DNA of 64,000 nucleotides from positions 4,703,902 to 4,767,901 of the forward strand of contig MU053652.1 of assembly GCA_013239625.1 (NCBI GenBank), written 5' to 3'. The stretch's first letter is position 1, and each line of letters starts with the position of its first letter. The position numbers and the translations under genes were made by a program. Positions 14,317-27,744 of this stretch are shown here, piece by piece. This DNA is from Lama guanicoe (taxonomy: Eukaryota). The notes beneath the pieces were generated by a model. That model searched no databases. It saw nothing but the letters and a program-made list of their open reading frames with translations, and had not been told where the DNA came from.

Positions 14317-17300
14317 TGATGCCATCAGACTGGATAAGAAGCTGGATCGTGTGCTTCTTGGTAAAGCACCGCCCCCCTCCTCCGGCAGCCTTCCCTCCAT
14401 GTCATTTATTGAGGGAAAGAAACCCCCTGAGTGCACTGCCACTTTGTTGAGGGTCCCTCTGGGCTGTGCACATCCAAACTTTGGTCTCTCCTTGGTATGT
14501 GGTTAATCACAAAGAGGAATATCAGAAAAACATCTTGATGCTTCTTGCATATTTTGTGTGAAGTTGTGTCTATAATTCTTACTCATTTTAATTCTTTGTT
14601 TCTCAAATGGAAACAATTATAAAAAAGCATTCTTGAGTGCTAGATTTTTAAGATGTATATTTTGTTAAATGTCTTTTCTAAATGAGATATTTTGTGGCTT
14701 TTTGAATAACAGACTCATTTCTAATGTACGTGAATCCTTTATTATTTATGTTTTTGACATTCCTAACTCTAATCCAGTTATGTAGTCATGCATACTGCAG
14801 AAATTGATTAAGAAAAAGCGGGAAAAAATGATTTCCAACCTAATCTCTGAGGGTGGGAGAGACTTGGAAGGTAATTGGGAACATGGGGCCTGGCCAAGAG
14901 CAACCCTTGATAATTGTTTGCTAAATAAGTGGGTAATTTTTGATAGTAACTGGAAATCAGTTTGCTTGGTCCACAGACACTAGCCTGGCTGGTGCTAACC
15001 TGCATTTCCTCTCTTCCAGTACTGCCTCCTGAGAACCGGGAGGTACTGAGTGGTAGAGGGAGCAGTGAGCATGAGGCCAGAAAAAGAGTTGGAAATATAG
15101 CACAGAGTTCTTAATTCTCTAATTCAATCTGGTGCTATAATAAACAATGCTTTCTTCAGAACCACTGCTGATCTAGGGATATGGCTGTTTTATTGCAGTG
15201 TCTTTGGAAACCAGTGAATGCTCAGGAATGCCCTTAATTGGTTTGAAGATTGGTAAAAGGAAAAAAAAAGAAAAGATGGGTAGGAGAGACCATGAAAATA
15301 TTGAAGCCTTTTTGAGACAATGAAGGACAGAGGTTGTATCTCCAGAGTTACCTTGAGACAGTGTGACCTGGGGAGTTTGAAACGTTCTGGTGGCAGCTTG
15401 GCAACACATCAATCCTAGGATGGCCTGTACTCTGTGGAGCAGTCACATACTTTGTTAAGGGTGTATGTAGACCATCCACAGTCTGCCTGGCAACTGATCT
15501 GTTTTCCCTTGGCCAACTGTCTGCTCACTAGACACTTTTTCCCCTAGTGTACAAATATCTATAAATGAACATTTAAAAATAATCTTAACATTTGGATAGA
15601 TAAAAATTGGTGTTCATTCAGATAGCTTTGCCAGATTTTCTTAGATCCCAGATATTTTTTCGGACAGCTTTAGCAACCCAGTGTGTTTAAAACATCATTC
15701 ATCTCGAAAAGTTATTGCACAGTTCTTTTAAAAAGTAATAGGACGAATCATCCACTTTCTCAACAGACAGATTCCTTGTACGGTGTCCTCCTTTGGGACA
15801 CCTCACCTTGGGTTATCTGGGCAGCTTTTTACTCTTGCCTCGGGAGTATTAATGCAACGAGATTTGTGCTCACTTCTTCACTTCAGAGCCTAAGTTTTCA
15901 TGAAATGGAGCTTTCTGAAGTAAACGTGAAAGTGGAGTTATAGACTGCTCAGTTTAAAAACAACAGTAGCAAACATTTTGTTAACATCCAAGGTTGAAGG
16001 CCATCAGTCAATTTTCAGTTGATTTTCCTGCTCCGTTACACAGCAGCCTGGCTCAGAGATACTTCCTTTAAATAAAGAGTCTTAAGATTGTGTGCTAGCT
16101 GTTTCTTTGAGGTTTTTTTGGCAGGGGTATGGGGAGGCTGCTGCTTGGTAGTCTGAAGACTCTGCTTTGACCCGGGAGGAGCCCCTTCCTCTAGGCATAG
16201 CCTGTGGCGGGGAGCGCACTTCAGTTGTCTTGAAGCAAGAGCTGAAGCTTCTGTTACAGAGTTAGGGCAAGTGAATTTAGTCTTCAGAATACTTCCAAAT
16301 GTCCTTTGGTATGTTTTTGCCTTTGAAAGACATTTTTCAAATAAAAATTCAGAGCGCAGAACCTCAAGGCTCCAGAGATCCTCTTCTCACCATGTATTTG
16401 ACCTTCAGCCATCTGAGGAAGTAGGAGGTCAAATATGCCACCGTGAGTGCTGACCACCACCAAGAATCGTCAGTCACAGGCCCTCTGACTGACCCAGGTT
16501 GCTAGTTCTTTGCTTAGTATTCCTGCCACTCACTTTTTGAGAAGTAACTGACAGGCCTCTGCCAATTCTGTCATGTAAGTGGCAACTCTGCCCACACAAC
16601 TTGGCAAGTTCTGAAACTTCTCCATGGACTGCTCCATCATGGCAGTCCCCACATCATCAGACAGAGCATGCCCAAGATAAGTTTGTAGTTCAGTTTGTCT
16701 CAGATGGTGCTCAACTATGCTTTCTCCCACAGTCCTAACCCGCACTGAAAGAGACAGGATGAGGTTGCTTTGTTTCAGGCAGAGCAAAAATTTCCAGACC
16801 TCCCTTTGGCCAAGGTTGACCAATTTAGAAGTTACCCGCGTGCATTGTCTTATTTTGGTTCTTTCATTCTTGTCCTGATGCTGCTGCTTTTCCAGGATTA
16901 ATTGCAGAGTCTGAAACCACTCATTGATTGGGGTGTTCTTCAGTGGCCCAGCCATGGATGAGTTATAGGGACATCTGCAGTTCCTTTGGCTTTTGATTCT
17001 GAGCTGATGTTTGGCTGGAGACAAGCTTCTGTGCTTTTGAAGTAATACAGTGGGAAGACTGTGAAGACACGCACTGACTGAGCCTGGCAGCCAGTTCTGA
17101 GAAGGAAACTGCAGAGTCACCAGAATACCTTTTGGACCCCCACTCCCAACCCCACCCCTGCCCCAAATGGAGCATCTTGATAGATGGCAAATCCAGTTCC
17201 CCTGAGGCTTGTCCACGCTGCCTGGAGCTTGCTCCCCTTTATCAAAAGTAAGGCTTCACTGCTGCAGAGTCATCCCAGAATCACCTTCGTTGGCTGTCTG

Positions 17301-17809
17301 ACAGAAGGAAAATCCTTTCTGTCCTTGAGGGCAGGGACTATATTTTACTCTCCTACATACCCTGCTATACTTAACAATGATTTACACATAGTTGGGAGTT
17401 CATTTAATTCTAGTGAGTTGAAATCACTAAAGGCTGTGTGTTCCAGGGCTTAGCTGGACTTGTGAAGGACAGCAGAGTTGTTTCCTGAGCTGATGTATGT
17501 GGAAGGGCCCCCAGATACAAAGTGATAGAAAGAGAATAGTAAGTTGCTGGTCACGGCCCCTTCAGTGCACCACACCGCCTGTGTTCTTTGTGCTGTGCCT
17601 TGTCCACCCTGATTTGTCCCTCTCCACTCACATGCCTGCCAGCGTTTCTCCGTGGGAACCTCATCCAACCCCCAGCATTGTGGTCCCTCTCTTGGTCCTC
17701 CCTCGGACACTTTTTGGTTGGCACCCACTCACTCGATGGGGCATATGCAGCTGTGGCTTGTTCATCATTTCTTTAGGTCTTACCTCCCCAAGTGGACAGT
17801 GTCACCACT

Positions 17810-18060
17810 GGAACTTCTGATCGATAGCCAATTGGTCAGAAGCATAGGTAACAACCTGAACTTGTGATCTGAATTTGGGGGATGGGGGTAGTCTTGGGGG
17901 ACTGAGCCCTTAACCTATGGAAGCTGACACTATCTCCAAGTAGATAGTGCCAGAACTGAGTTGAATGGTAGGACACAGCTGGTGTTGGAGAATTGCTTCG
18001 TGTGGTGATAAAATACACACATTGGAATTGGGTGCAAAATTGTAATCAGTGTCAGAATTA
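17810..18060 (+). mobile_element. MER21-like ERV LTR fragment
   Basis: GGTCAGAAGCATAGGTAACAACCTG...GGACTGAGCCCTTAACCT...GGACACAGCTGGTGTTGGAGAATTG resembles the MER21C consensus. Confidence 0.7.
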
Positions 18061-19417
18061 GAGATGATATACTTTTATCTATCACCTACAACAAATACCC
18101 CTCCTCCAGTAGCACAGTGGCCATCAGCTGCCAGGGTATGTGAATTTGTCCAGCCCTCATAACACCGCCATCAGCTCGGCAGCAGGGTCCTAGGGAGCGA
18201 AGTAGGCCTGATTCACTTCTGAAGTGGGTAACGCTGCAAATGAAAGGAAGAACAGCTTAGAGGCAGAGAGCTTTGGCTCCTGCCAAGCCAGCAGTGTCCA
18301 CTGGTAGTCTGAAAGCAGCCTCCCCTGCCAGGTCAGACTCCATACCCACCTCATGTGTTAAGCAGATGAGATCACGATCTCCATTTCAGGGACACAGAAA
18401 ATTGAGGCCCAGACCAGGAAAACAGAACGGAATGGGGCTGGGATCCCAGCTCAGTTTTCTGACACTAGGGTCAGTGCTCTGTCGAGAAGGGCAGGGCCAC
18501 AGCCACAGCCACTGGATCAAAATACTGGAGTATGGACAAAGGCAGAGCTGGACAGCTGCCAATCAACTTCAGCCCAGGACCCCAGGCCTTCCTGGGACCC
18601 TCCATCCCATATGAGAGGGCCACCAGGACCCAGGGGTGAGTGGGGGCAGGAAGTCAGGGCTCCTCCATCCCCTCCTGGCTTGAAGCTTTTCTCAGCATGG
18701 GAGAGATAGCATGAAGAAAAACATCTTCCTCCTCATTTCCCTTCCTGACCTTTCCCAGGCAGGATGGGGACAGGCTGGTCATTCAAGAAGCGGCTGAAGC
18801 TTGCCTGACAAGGTGGTCTGGCTGTGACAAGTGCTTGGTCCAGTTTTGCAGAGTTATGATCATGGCGCCCGCTGGATGGCTGCTGGAGCTCTTTCTCTCT
18901 TTCCTCCTCTTTCTCTCTCTTCTGCCCCCCACAGAAGCCAGATGTCCTCACGCACATCAAAATAGGTGAAAAGAAACTTTGAGCAGTGGCTCCACTTATT
19001 CTGTGGTTTCCTTGATAATTAGGGCTCCATACCTTGGCTTTGCATTGGGGTTGCCGATACTGAAAGGGTGGCTTGGCTCTACGTGGTTTTATAACTACCT
19101 TTCCCGGAATTCTGCAGACATCTCCATTCCCCTGGAGGTCAGATAATGGCTATTTATTTTCCATAGTCATGAAAACCTCTGGGGAGAGCAACGGCATTTT
19201 GACGAGGACTATTAAAGGGACATTAGGACTAAAGTGGCTGCTCAGGAAATCACTTACCCTTGCTCCTGTCTGCAGGGACAGCTGCCAGCCAGAGTCTCCT
19301 GCCCATGGCCAGCTGTGCAGAGGGTACAGTTGGCAAAGGGGAAGAACCCTTTGTCTCTGCTCTCTTTCTCTCTGCAAGAGGATGGGTGCATTAAACTCAA
19401 ATAGAATAGTTCCAGGA

Positions 19418-19540
19418 GGGGGCAGAGGATATCTCAGTGGCACGAGTGCATGCTTAGCATGCACAAGGTCCTGGGTTCAATCCCCAGTACCTCCATTAAA
19501 ATAAAAAAATAAACCTAATCACCTCACCACCAAAATTTAA
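19418..19540 (+). mobile_element. Camelid Vic-1-like tRNA-derived SINE
   Basis: A box, GCTTAGCATGCAC, B box GGTTCAATCCCC, AT-rich tail AAATAAACCTAAT. Confidence 0.88.
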
Positions 19541-20559
19541 ACAAATTTTTAAATACTTAAGTGGTAAATTGTATGCTATATGTTTTTTTTAATCACAATA
19601 AAAAAGTCAAAACCATTCATAAATCCTGAAAAGATAAATATTCTGGCTTGTTTTAACTCTTTTTTTCCCCTGCAGGTGTGTGTTTTGTAAAATTTGATTT
19701 ATAATATACATATCATAGTGAGCTTTTTTGTCTTACATTTTTATTGTGAGTATTTCCCATGTCATGAAAGTGACATCACCACCTTTAATGACTGCATAAT
19801 TTAGCATTACATAATTGTGCAAGGTTCCTGTATTGTTGGACACTGAGGCTATTTCTAATTTGTCTGGGGAGAGCCATGGCATTTTGACGACTATTAAAGG
19901 GACAAATTATTATTACAAATTATTCAATGATGAAGATCTCTGTAGGTAAATATTTACCTAACTTTTAATTGTTTCCTTAAGATACATTTTTAGAAGAATT
20001 ACTTCATCAAAGGGTGTGAATTTTTAAAAATCTCTTTATATCTAGCACCAGAATGCCTTCTAAAAAACGTAGAAATTTAGACTTTGAACAATATAATTGG
20101 GAGGTACAATTTTTACTGTATCCTTATCTGTATTAAGTACTATCACATAAAGCATTGTTAATATGAAAGGCAAAAATTGTCATCTTTTAATTTATATGGA
20201 TTTGATTACTAGTAAGTTTAAACATAGTTTATGTGCACAGTCATGTGCCTTCTGTGAATTTGTCTTTGTGTTCTTCATCTAATTTTCTACTGGGCTTTTA
20301 GAGTTCTTATATATTAAAAATAATAGCTACTTGTCATTTTGTAGCAATTAGATCTCCTAGTTTGCTGTTTAACTTTTAGTTTTGGTAAAGCTATTTTTTA
20401 TGTTTGTTTAAGTTTTTTTTAATATCTAAAAAGTATTGATTTTCTCCTTGGATTTTTTCTATCATTTTTATGCTTATAAAGTCCTTATTGCTTTTGAAAG
20501 CATATACAGTTTTCACCAATATTTTCTTTAAATTTTAAAAATGATTCTCATTTATACAT

Positions 20560-20980
20560 TGTGTTAGTTTCCTTGGGCTGCTGTAACCCAAAGCACCACA
20601 ACCTGGGTGGTTTAGAACAACAGAAATGTATTGTCGCACAGTCCTGGGGACTAGCAGTCTCATGATGGCAGGCCATGGTCCCTCTGAAATCTCCAGGGGA
20701 GGATCTTTTTGCCTCTTCCAGCTTCTGGTAGCCCCAAATGTTCCTTGGCTTGTGGCGGCAGCATGAACTCCCATCTCTGCTCTGCCTTCTCATGGTATCT
20801 TCTTACAAGGATACCAGTCATACTGGAGTAGGGACACACCCTACTCCAGTACGACCGTATCTTAACTAATTACATACACAATGACCCTGTTTCCAAATAA
20901 GGTCACAATCTGAGGGGCTAGGGGTTAGGACTTCAACTTTTTTTTTTTTTTTTGGCAAGGGCTACAATTCAACCCATACT
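20560..20980. mobile_element. MLT1 (ERVL-MaLR) solo LTR inserted in an old L1M
   Basis: TGTGTTAGTTTCC..GGCTGCTGTAAC start; CCCTGTTTCCAAATAAGGTCACA and GGGTTAGGACTTCAAC near the end. Confidence 0.85.
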
Positions 20981-21223
20981 AATATTGAACTCTTTCATCA
21001 CCTACAATGTATTTATTTGGATATGTGGTGTGAGAGAAGGTGTAACTTTTTTCCTGAATAGCTAATCAATTGTCTCTATACCGTTTATCAAATAATGCTG
21101 CCTCTTCTGACAGGATTGTGATGCCACCTTCCCTGGCCACGAGATTCCTGTGCCCTAACTTCTGCCGGTAAGCACGACCCACAAAGTGTCTGCCAAATCT
21201 TGCATTGGGGCTACACTACTTTC

Positions 21224-21494
21224 TTTTTTGTTGGGGGGTGCATTAATTAGGTTTATTTATTATTATTTTTAATGGAGGTTCTGGGGATTGAAACCTAAGA
21301 CCTCATGCATGCGAAGCACTATATTCTGCTACTGATATATAGCCTCCCTCCACCTTTAAAAAAAAAACTTTTCTTTTGTTTTTTTGGGGGAAGATAATTA
21401 GGTTTATTTATTTATTTAATGGAGGTACTGGGGACCAAACCCATGACCTTGTGCATGCTAAGCATGAGCTCTACCACTGAGCTATACCTTCTCT
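21224..21494 (-). mobile_element. Two tandem Vic-1-like SINEs within one TSD pair
   Basis: SINE bodies at ~21224-21351 and ~21370-21494; TSD CTACACTACTTTC at 21211-21223 and 21495-21507. Confidence 0.88.
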
Positions 21495-22539
21495 CTACAC
21501 TACTTTCATTATTTTAGCTTCACTGTATATTTAATACCTGGTAGGGCAAAATTTCTCTTCACTCATCTGCAAATTTTTTTTCTTAGCTCCTCTTGCCTAT
21601 GCGTTTTTCCTGAGTGAACTTTCGAATAACTGCAGCATGTTTAACAGCAAAATGGCGAACCTCTTTGGACTTTTCATTGGACTGTGTTTAATGTACAGGG
21701 TAACTCCCACTTAGGAACATGGCAGACCTCAGCATCTAATTAATTATTTCATGTGTGTTAGAAAAGTTTATAAATTTTTAAGATCTAGTTTTTCCTATTT
21801 CTCACACTTGTTGGTAAAGTCAATCCTGGGTATTTTTGTTACTGTTATTGTCATCATGGCTGTGCTCTCTGTTCCCCCATGCACCCACCCTCATTGTCAT
21901 TTCTAATTGGTCATTGCTGGTTGGTGAGGAAACTATTGAATTTTGCATGCAGCCTCTTTATTAAATTCGCCTGTTAGTTCTAATAGCTTTTCAATTTATT
22001 CTTGTAGGCTCTGGGGAGCCTTTTGCACAAACCAATTGAAATGAATAATTAACTCTCCAGCTGAATCAATGATCTTCCCTAAATCAGGTCTCTTGTAAAT
22101 TTAGGAGTTGGGCTGAAGGAGAATGCTGTGTAAATGCCGTGTGAAACGGGGCCTTGGAAAGTTCTAGTAGCCTCCAGAAAATGTATATTCCTTAATTCAT
22201 AATTTCATTGCTCGAAATCTGTCCTAAAAAAGTGATCAGAACTGTGGGCAAAAGAATTTAGGAATCAAGACATGTGTTGCAATGTTTTTTATTTATAACA
22301 GTGAACACTGGAGACAACCGAAATTATTGACATTAGCGAATTGGTTGGGTCAATGTTTACTTTGTTTTCACCTGTGTCCCGATCTGTCGTTCTTCTCACT
22401 CCATCACAGGCCTCCACCTCTCCCTCAGACTGCAGCCTCACAAATCCCGCTGCCTGCAGAAGCCTCTGATTCCATTTCAGAAGCTGTCTACACCTCTCCA
22501 CACCCCAGTCAGAGCTCAGCCTTCCCTGCGTCTGACTAG

Positions 22540-22880
22540 TTCAGGCTGGTGGCAAACACTCTGAGAGAGATTTGGGTCTGGTTCTCAGGGAGGACGTTGA
22601 GAGCAGCATCTGTCAGGGAAGAGGACTGGGCAGGAGGAGAGCTGAACTGTGATATAGTTACAACAGAGTCATCAGCTGATCTCCCAGGGAGATCTAAGTC
22701 TGGGACGGCCCTTCAGAGTTGTCCCAAATAGAGGGAAAGGGGCTGGGCTCTGGAATCCCCTACATCCACCAGCCATTGGGAGGGGACTGCACTTTGAGGA
22801 GGGTGTAACTCTGGCAGAGGACAATTCCTGGAGAGATACCCAGCTGTGAGCAGCCAAAGCTGCTGGCAGGAGCTGGACGG
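22540..22880. mobile_element. Old ERVL LTR fragment (LTR16-like)
   Basis: GGGACGGCCCTTCAGAGTTGTCCCAAAT motif recalled from ERVL LTR consensus; family uncertain. Confidence 0.5.
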
Positions 22881-22881
22881 C

Positions 22882-23388
22882 TGCGATGCCTCATTTTATG
22901 TGTCAACTTGACTTAGTCCCAGGTTGCCCAGATATTTGGTTGAATATTATTCTGGGTGTGTCTGTAAGGTGGTTTCTGGATGAGATTAACATTTGAATCC
23001 ACGTAGACCAAGTCAAGCAGATTTCCCTCCCTGTGTGTGTGGGCCTCATCCAAAATGTTGAAAGCAAGAATTCAGTAACAGTCTGAGGAATAGAGAATTC
23101 TTTCTCTCTGTCTGATTGTCTTTGGGCTGGGGCACCGGTCTTCTCCTGCCTTTGGACTCAGCCCAGGCCTGGAACTTACACCACTGGCTCTACTGGTTCT
23201 CAGGCCTTTGGACTTAGACTGGCACTATATCTCCAGCTTGCTGACTTCAGATTTTGGACTTCTCAGTCTTCATAACTGCATGAGCCATTTCCTTATAGTA
23301 AATATAAATGACTGTATTTGCATCTATATCTCTAACTATATATATGTCTCCAATTGGTTCTATTTCTCTGGTAAACCCAGACTAATAC
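22882..23388 (+). mobile_element. MLT2 (ERVL) solo LTR
   Basis: TTTTATGTGTCAACTTGAC start, GATGAGATTAACATTTGAATC, and an end at CCAGACTAATAC. Confidence 0.88.
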
Positions 23389-23523
23389 GGTGGCACACCA
23401 CAGTGTTCACTCTACCTGCTGTGGTGGAATTAGAGATGGCTGCAAATTCTTTGCCACTCCCTCACTGAGAGGTGGAATGTATTTCTCCTTCCTTACATAT
23501 GAGATGGCTCAGTGACAGCTTTC

Positions 23524-23975
23524 CTATTAGTCAGGATTCCCCAGAGGAGAAACGGATGTATCTATCTATCCATCTGTCTATCATCAAGGTTTATCACGGA
23601 GAATTGGCTCATGCCAAATACAGATTTCAGAGGCTGAGAAGTCCCGCAGTCTGTAGTCTGTGAGCTGGAGGCCCAGGAAAGCGGATAGTGTCATTCAGTC
23701 TGAGTCCAGAGGCCTGAGAACCAGGGGAGCCAATGACATAAATCTCAGCCTCAAGCAGGAGAAAATGAAATGAGATATTGCAGCTCAAGTAGTGATGCAG
23801 AAAAAAGGGTCAAATTCCTCTTCCATTTTTTGTTCTATTGAGGCTTTTTACTGAGACCACGGATTCAGATGCTAATTTCATGCAGAAACACCCTCACAGA
23901 CCACCCAGACGTAATGTTTAATCTGGACACACACGGTCAGTCAAGCTGACACATAAAAGTAAATTAACCATCACA
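23524..23975 (-). mobile_element. MLT2 (ERVL) solo LTR, opposite orientation
   Basis: TATTAGTCAGG start and GTCAAGCTGACACATAAAA...TTAACCATCACA end. Confidence 0.85.
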
Positions 23976-24081
23976 TGCAGTCTTTAAAACAACACTATGA
24001 AATGTTTAATATCATAGGGAATGATTTGTCATCTGTTGTTAACAGAAACAAGCATGACACAAAATTAAGAGTACGGTATGA

Positions 24082-24960
24082 CAGATGGCCAACAGGCACA
24101 TGAAAAGATGCTCAATATCGCGAATTATCAGAGAAATGCAAATCAAAACTACAATGAGAAATCACCTCACACCAGTCAGAATGGCCATCATTAAAAAGTC
24201 TACAAATAATAAATGCTGGAGAGGAAGTGGAGAAAAAGGAACCCTTCTACACTGTTGGTGGGAATGTAAATTGGTGCAGCTACTGTGGAGAACAGTATGG
24301 AGGTTCCTTAAAAAAACTAAAAATAGAGTTGCCATATGATCCAGCAATCCCAATCCTGGGCATATATCCAGAGAAAACTCTAATTTGAAAAGACACATGC
24401 ACCCCAATGTTCATAGCAGCACTATTTACAATAGCCAAGATGTGGAAGCAAACTAAATGTCCATCAACAGATGACTGGATAAAGATGTGTTATACACATA
24501 CAATGGAATACTACTCGGCCATAAAAAAGAATAAAATAATGCCATTTGCAGCAACAAGGATGAACCCAGAGATGATCATACTAAGTGAAGTAAGTCAGAG
24601 AAAGACAAATATCATATGATATCACTTATATGTGGAATCTAAAAAAAATTATACAAACTTTATTTACAAACCAGAAATAGACTCACAGACATAGAAAAAA
24701 ACTATAGTTACCACAGGGGAAAGGAAGGAGAGGGATAAATTAGGAGTTTGGAATTAACATACACACACTGCTATATATAAAATAGATAAAGAACAAGGAC
24801 CTACTGTACAGCACAGGGAACTATATCCAATTTCTTATAATAACATATAATGAAACAAATCTGGAAAAGAATATATATATGTACAACTAAGTCACTTTGC
24901 TATACACGTGAAATTAACACAACCTTGTAAATCAACTGTAAGTCAATTGAAAAAAAAAAA
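24082..24960 (+). mobile_element. 5'-truncated LINE-1 (ORF2 C-terminus, 3'UTR, poly-A)
   Basis: ORFs 24085-24339 and 24407-24619 are frameshifted L1 ORF2p C-terminal peptides; degenerate TSD AAGAGTACGGTATGA (24067) / AAGAGTGCAGTAAGA (24961). Confidence 0.95.
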
Positions 24961-26788
24961 AAGAGTGCAGTAAGAGCTCAACCACATAAAGGGAGAAAGA
25001 CCAGCAGAGGAGATTGGAAGACAATATGTTGAAGTTTCACTAGTGGTTGCCTCCAGGTAATAGACCCTTGGTAATTGATTTTTGACTTCTTTATATTTTT
25101 CTGCAGTTTCTACGAGTGTGTATCATTGTGATAAGGCAAAGCCTTGAGAAAGCAAAATCTGAGGGCTAGAACAGTACTGAAATCTCTTGGCTCCCCAGAA
25201 AAGTCAGTGTAGCAGGTGCCTGGAAGCCTCCAGCCATGACCACCTGGATGACCCTCAGCTGAGCCAGTGTCCACACCCCCTCCTCCGTGGGGAACAGCCC
25301 CTCAAATGGGAGGATCGAGCTGCTGCCAATCACCTCTTGGCCATAAACATGCAACTTGACAGAAATACTCTGTGGGCAACTTTAGAGTTCTCTGGTCCCC
25401 AGTCTCACCCCAGTGAGTAAGAGCAGAGGTGGTTGTGTGTGCCCAAGAACAGCCAAATGGGAAAGAAATTTCACTTCCCCCAAGAAAGGAGAGGCAGCTT
25501 CTGGCCTTGTATACAAAAGAATTAATGCCCTTTCCCCTTTCCCCTCCCTCTGGTCCCACCTACCATCAAGGCTGTGGTCATTCTACCCTGGCTGCCCAGA
25601 CAATGGGGTCCACAGGTGAATTCAGGGGCCCCGAGACTGTAACTCTTTTACCAAACATTCCTGGTCTTCCTTAGGCCCAGTCTATGTAGTCATAATACTA
25701 GAATTTTTTAGTCTGAGGTGTGGGGCTCAGTTACGACAGCATAACTGCCTGTAGCATTTAGTGCCCACAGTACTTAGTGGCTGTCGTATTTGGTGTCTGT
25801 CATATTCAGGGGCCACAGTATTGAGTGGCTGAAGGATTTGGTGACCTCCTGAAATTCCGTGGTTAAGAATGTGCTCTGAGTTTCCGTTGCTGCCTCTGAA
25901 CAAACTGCCCTCCCAGCAGTTCTTCGTCTGCCCTGTCAGTTCAGCTGCTCCCTGCGCCGAGGTCCTCCGCTCATAAGCAATTTTTCAGTCCCTTGGCACA
26001 ACTTCATTAAAAAATGTACTTCTCTGCAGTACCCGAGAGATTTTTCTGCCGTTTTTCAAAGTTCAGCTGTTTTTGAATCATTTCCGATACTTCTCTCCTC
26101 TTTCCACCCCTCCCTTACCCACAAACTGAAGTTCTTTTCACAGTGGCATCTGGATTTTTCCATCCCTTGGCTCTACCTACAGATCAAGAACCTGATCTGG
26201 CACAAGATTTGGGACAAGACAGGGCTGGTGTCTTGGGGGATCCCAGGGGGCAAGCTCTGAGGCAGTGAGTAGAGGGTCACTTGCTGTGATTTCATTCCCG
26301 GGGTCTGTGAGGGGCAGGTGTCGGGTCGCGGGCTCAGGCTCTGAGGGCAGGAGGAGGGTTCGTGGTCCAGGCCCACGCCCAGGCCAGTGGTGTCACCCAG
26401 GGGCCTCTCTGAAGCCGAAGGTCCTGATTGATGCAGTGATTATAACAGCTCCCTTCCTTCCAGGGGCTGTGGTGAGGCTGAAATGGGGTCCCCTCCGGGA
26501 AGTGCTTGTTCAGGGCCACGCACTTCCTGCAAGGGCTCTGAACTGACTGGTGGAGCAGCCATGCCCTTGGGGTGATTCAGTAAGCAAAAGGAAGGCTCTC
26601 CCACTTATTCTCCACCAACAAGAAAACCTTTCCACTGAGACCTGGAGGTCCGCTAGTGAGGTGTTAATGTGCTAACATCTTCCCTTTTCCATCTTAATTT
26701 AAAATCTGTCTGGAAGGAAAACACATCACACCCCCAACCCAGCTCTCTCTCTACATTTTCTACATTAAGTCTATTTTTATTTTAGTTC

Positions 26789-26883
26789 TTTTTTTTTTTC
26801 CCTTAATGGAGGCACCGGGGATTGAACCTGGGACCTCATGCATGCCAGGCACATGCTCTACCACTGAGCTATACCCTCCACCT
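26789..26883 (-). mobile_element. Vic-1-like SINE
   Basis: GGGGATTGAACC...CTCTACCACTGAGCTATACCC with a poly-T flank. Confidence 0.88.
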
Positions 26884-27744
26884 CTTTTAAATACATTTTG
26901 TTTAATTCTACAAACACCTGCTGAGCACCCGCTATCCTACTATATGCAAGACACTGGACCAGGCACCAATGTTTGAGTCAGAAAGAGAAGGTTTCCGAAT
27001 CTTGAGAGAACTTCCCACCATCCTCTCACTCCCTGGGCTTGAGCAGGGGTTTTCTTGGGTCCCCGTTTGTGTCCTTGGAGGAATCTGGCTTGTCTAATTG
27101 AGATGTGGTACGAGCTCTTGCCTTCTGGTTGATGCCCCCTTTGAAGCCTCCTCCCTCAGAGTAGCCCAGTAAGCAGCCACTCATGCCTGGGAGCTGTGCT
27201 CCGCTGCTGGCAGGGCTGGTCCCAGTGCACTGAGAGGACCGTCCCGGCCACCCTTCCTTTTCTTGGTTACCCTTTGTCGTGCACTTTAGAATGCACTGTG
27301 AAGTGTCTGGTAATTTCAGACTCATGACAATTTAAGAATTGCAAAGGCAGGAATTTAGCCTGATCCCTGGGGTAATTTAGATTCTCAATCAAGCCTTTTA
27401 GCCTTTCTGATTAAAATAGAGACATTTAATTCATTAAACGATGCCCCTAAACAGCCTCCAGCTTTACACTTTAGTCTCCCTTTCTTGCCTCTGTGAAGAA
27501 TACTTTTTTTTTCTCTTGGGTCCTCTTTTCCCTTCCTCCGTTCCTCCTTCCTCCATTTCTCCTTCTTCCTCTCCCAGTGTTTCCTCTGCTCCAAGTCCTG
27601 CCACAATCCCAGGAGACAACAGCCTCCATGGAAATGATCTGTCTAACCCCTAGCCTCACACCAACTTGGTTCCTCATCCTCAGGGTCCCCACCTCCATTC
27701 CAGCCAATGCTGTGGACTTCACATACAGATGTAGGAAATAACAC

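Noticed and set aside
16530..17216. 228-aa minus-strand ORF just past RBM28
   Set aside because: No recognisable domain or exon structure, and composition typical of non-coding DNA; probably chance.
24085..24619. L1 ORF2-like peptides
   Set aside because: Frameshifted C-terminal remnants of a 5'-truncated dead L1.
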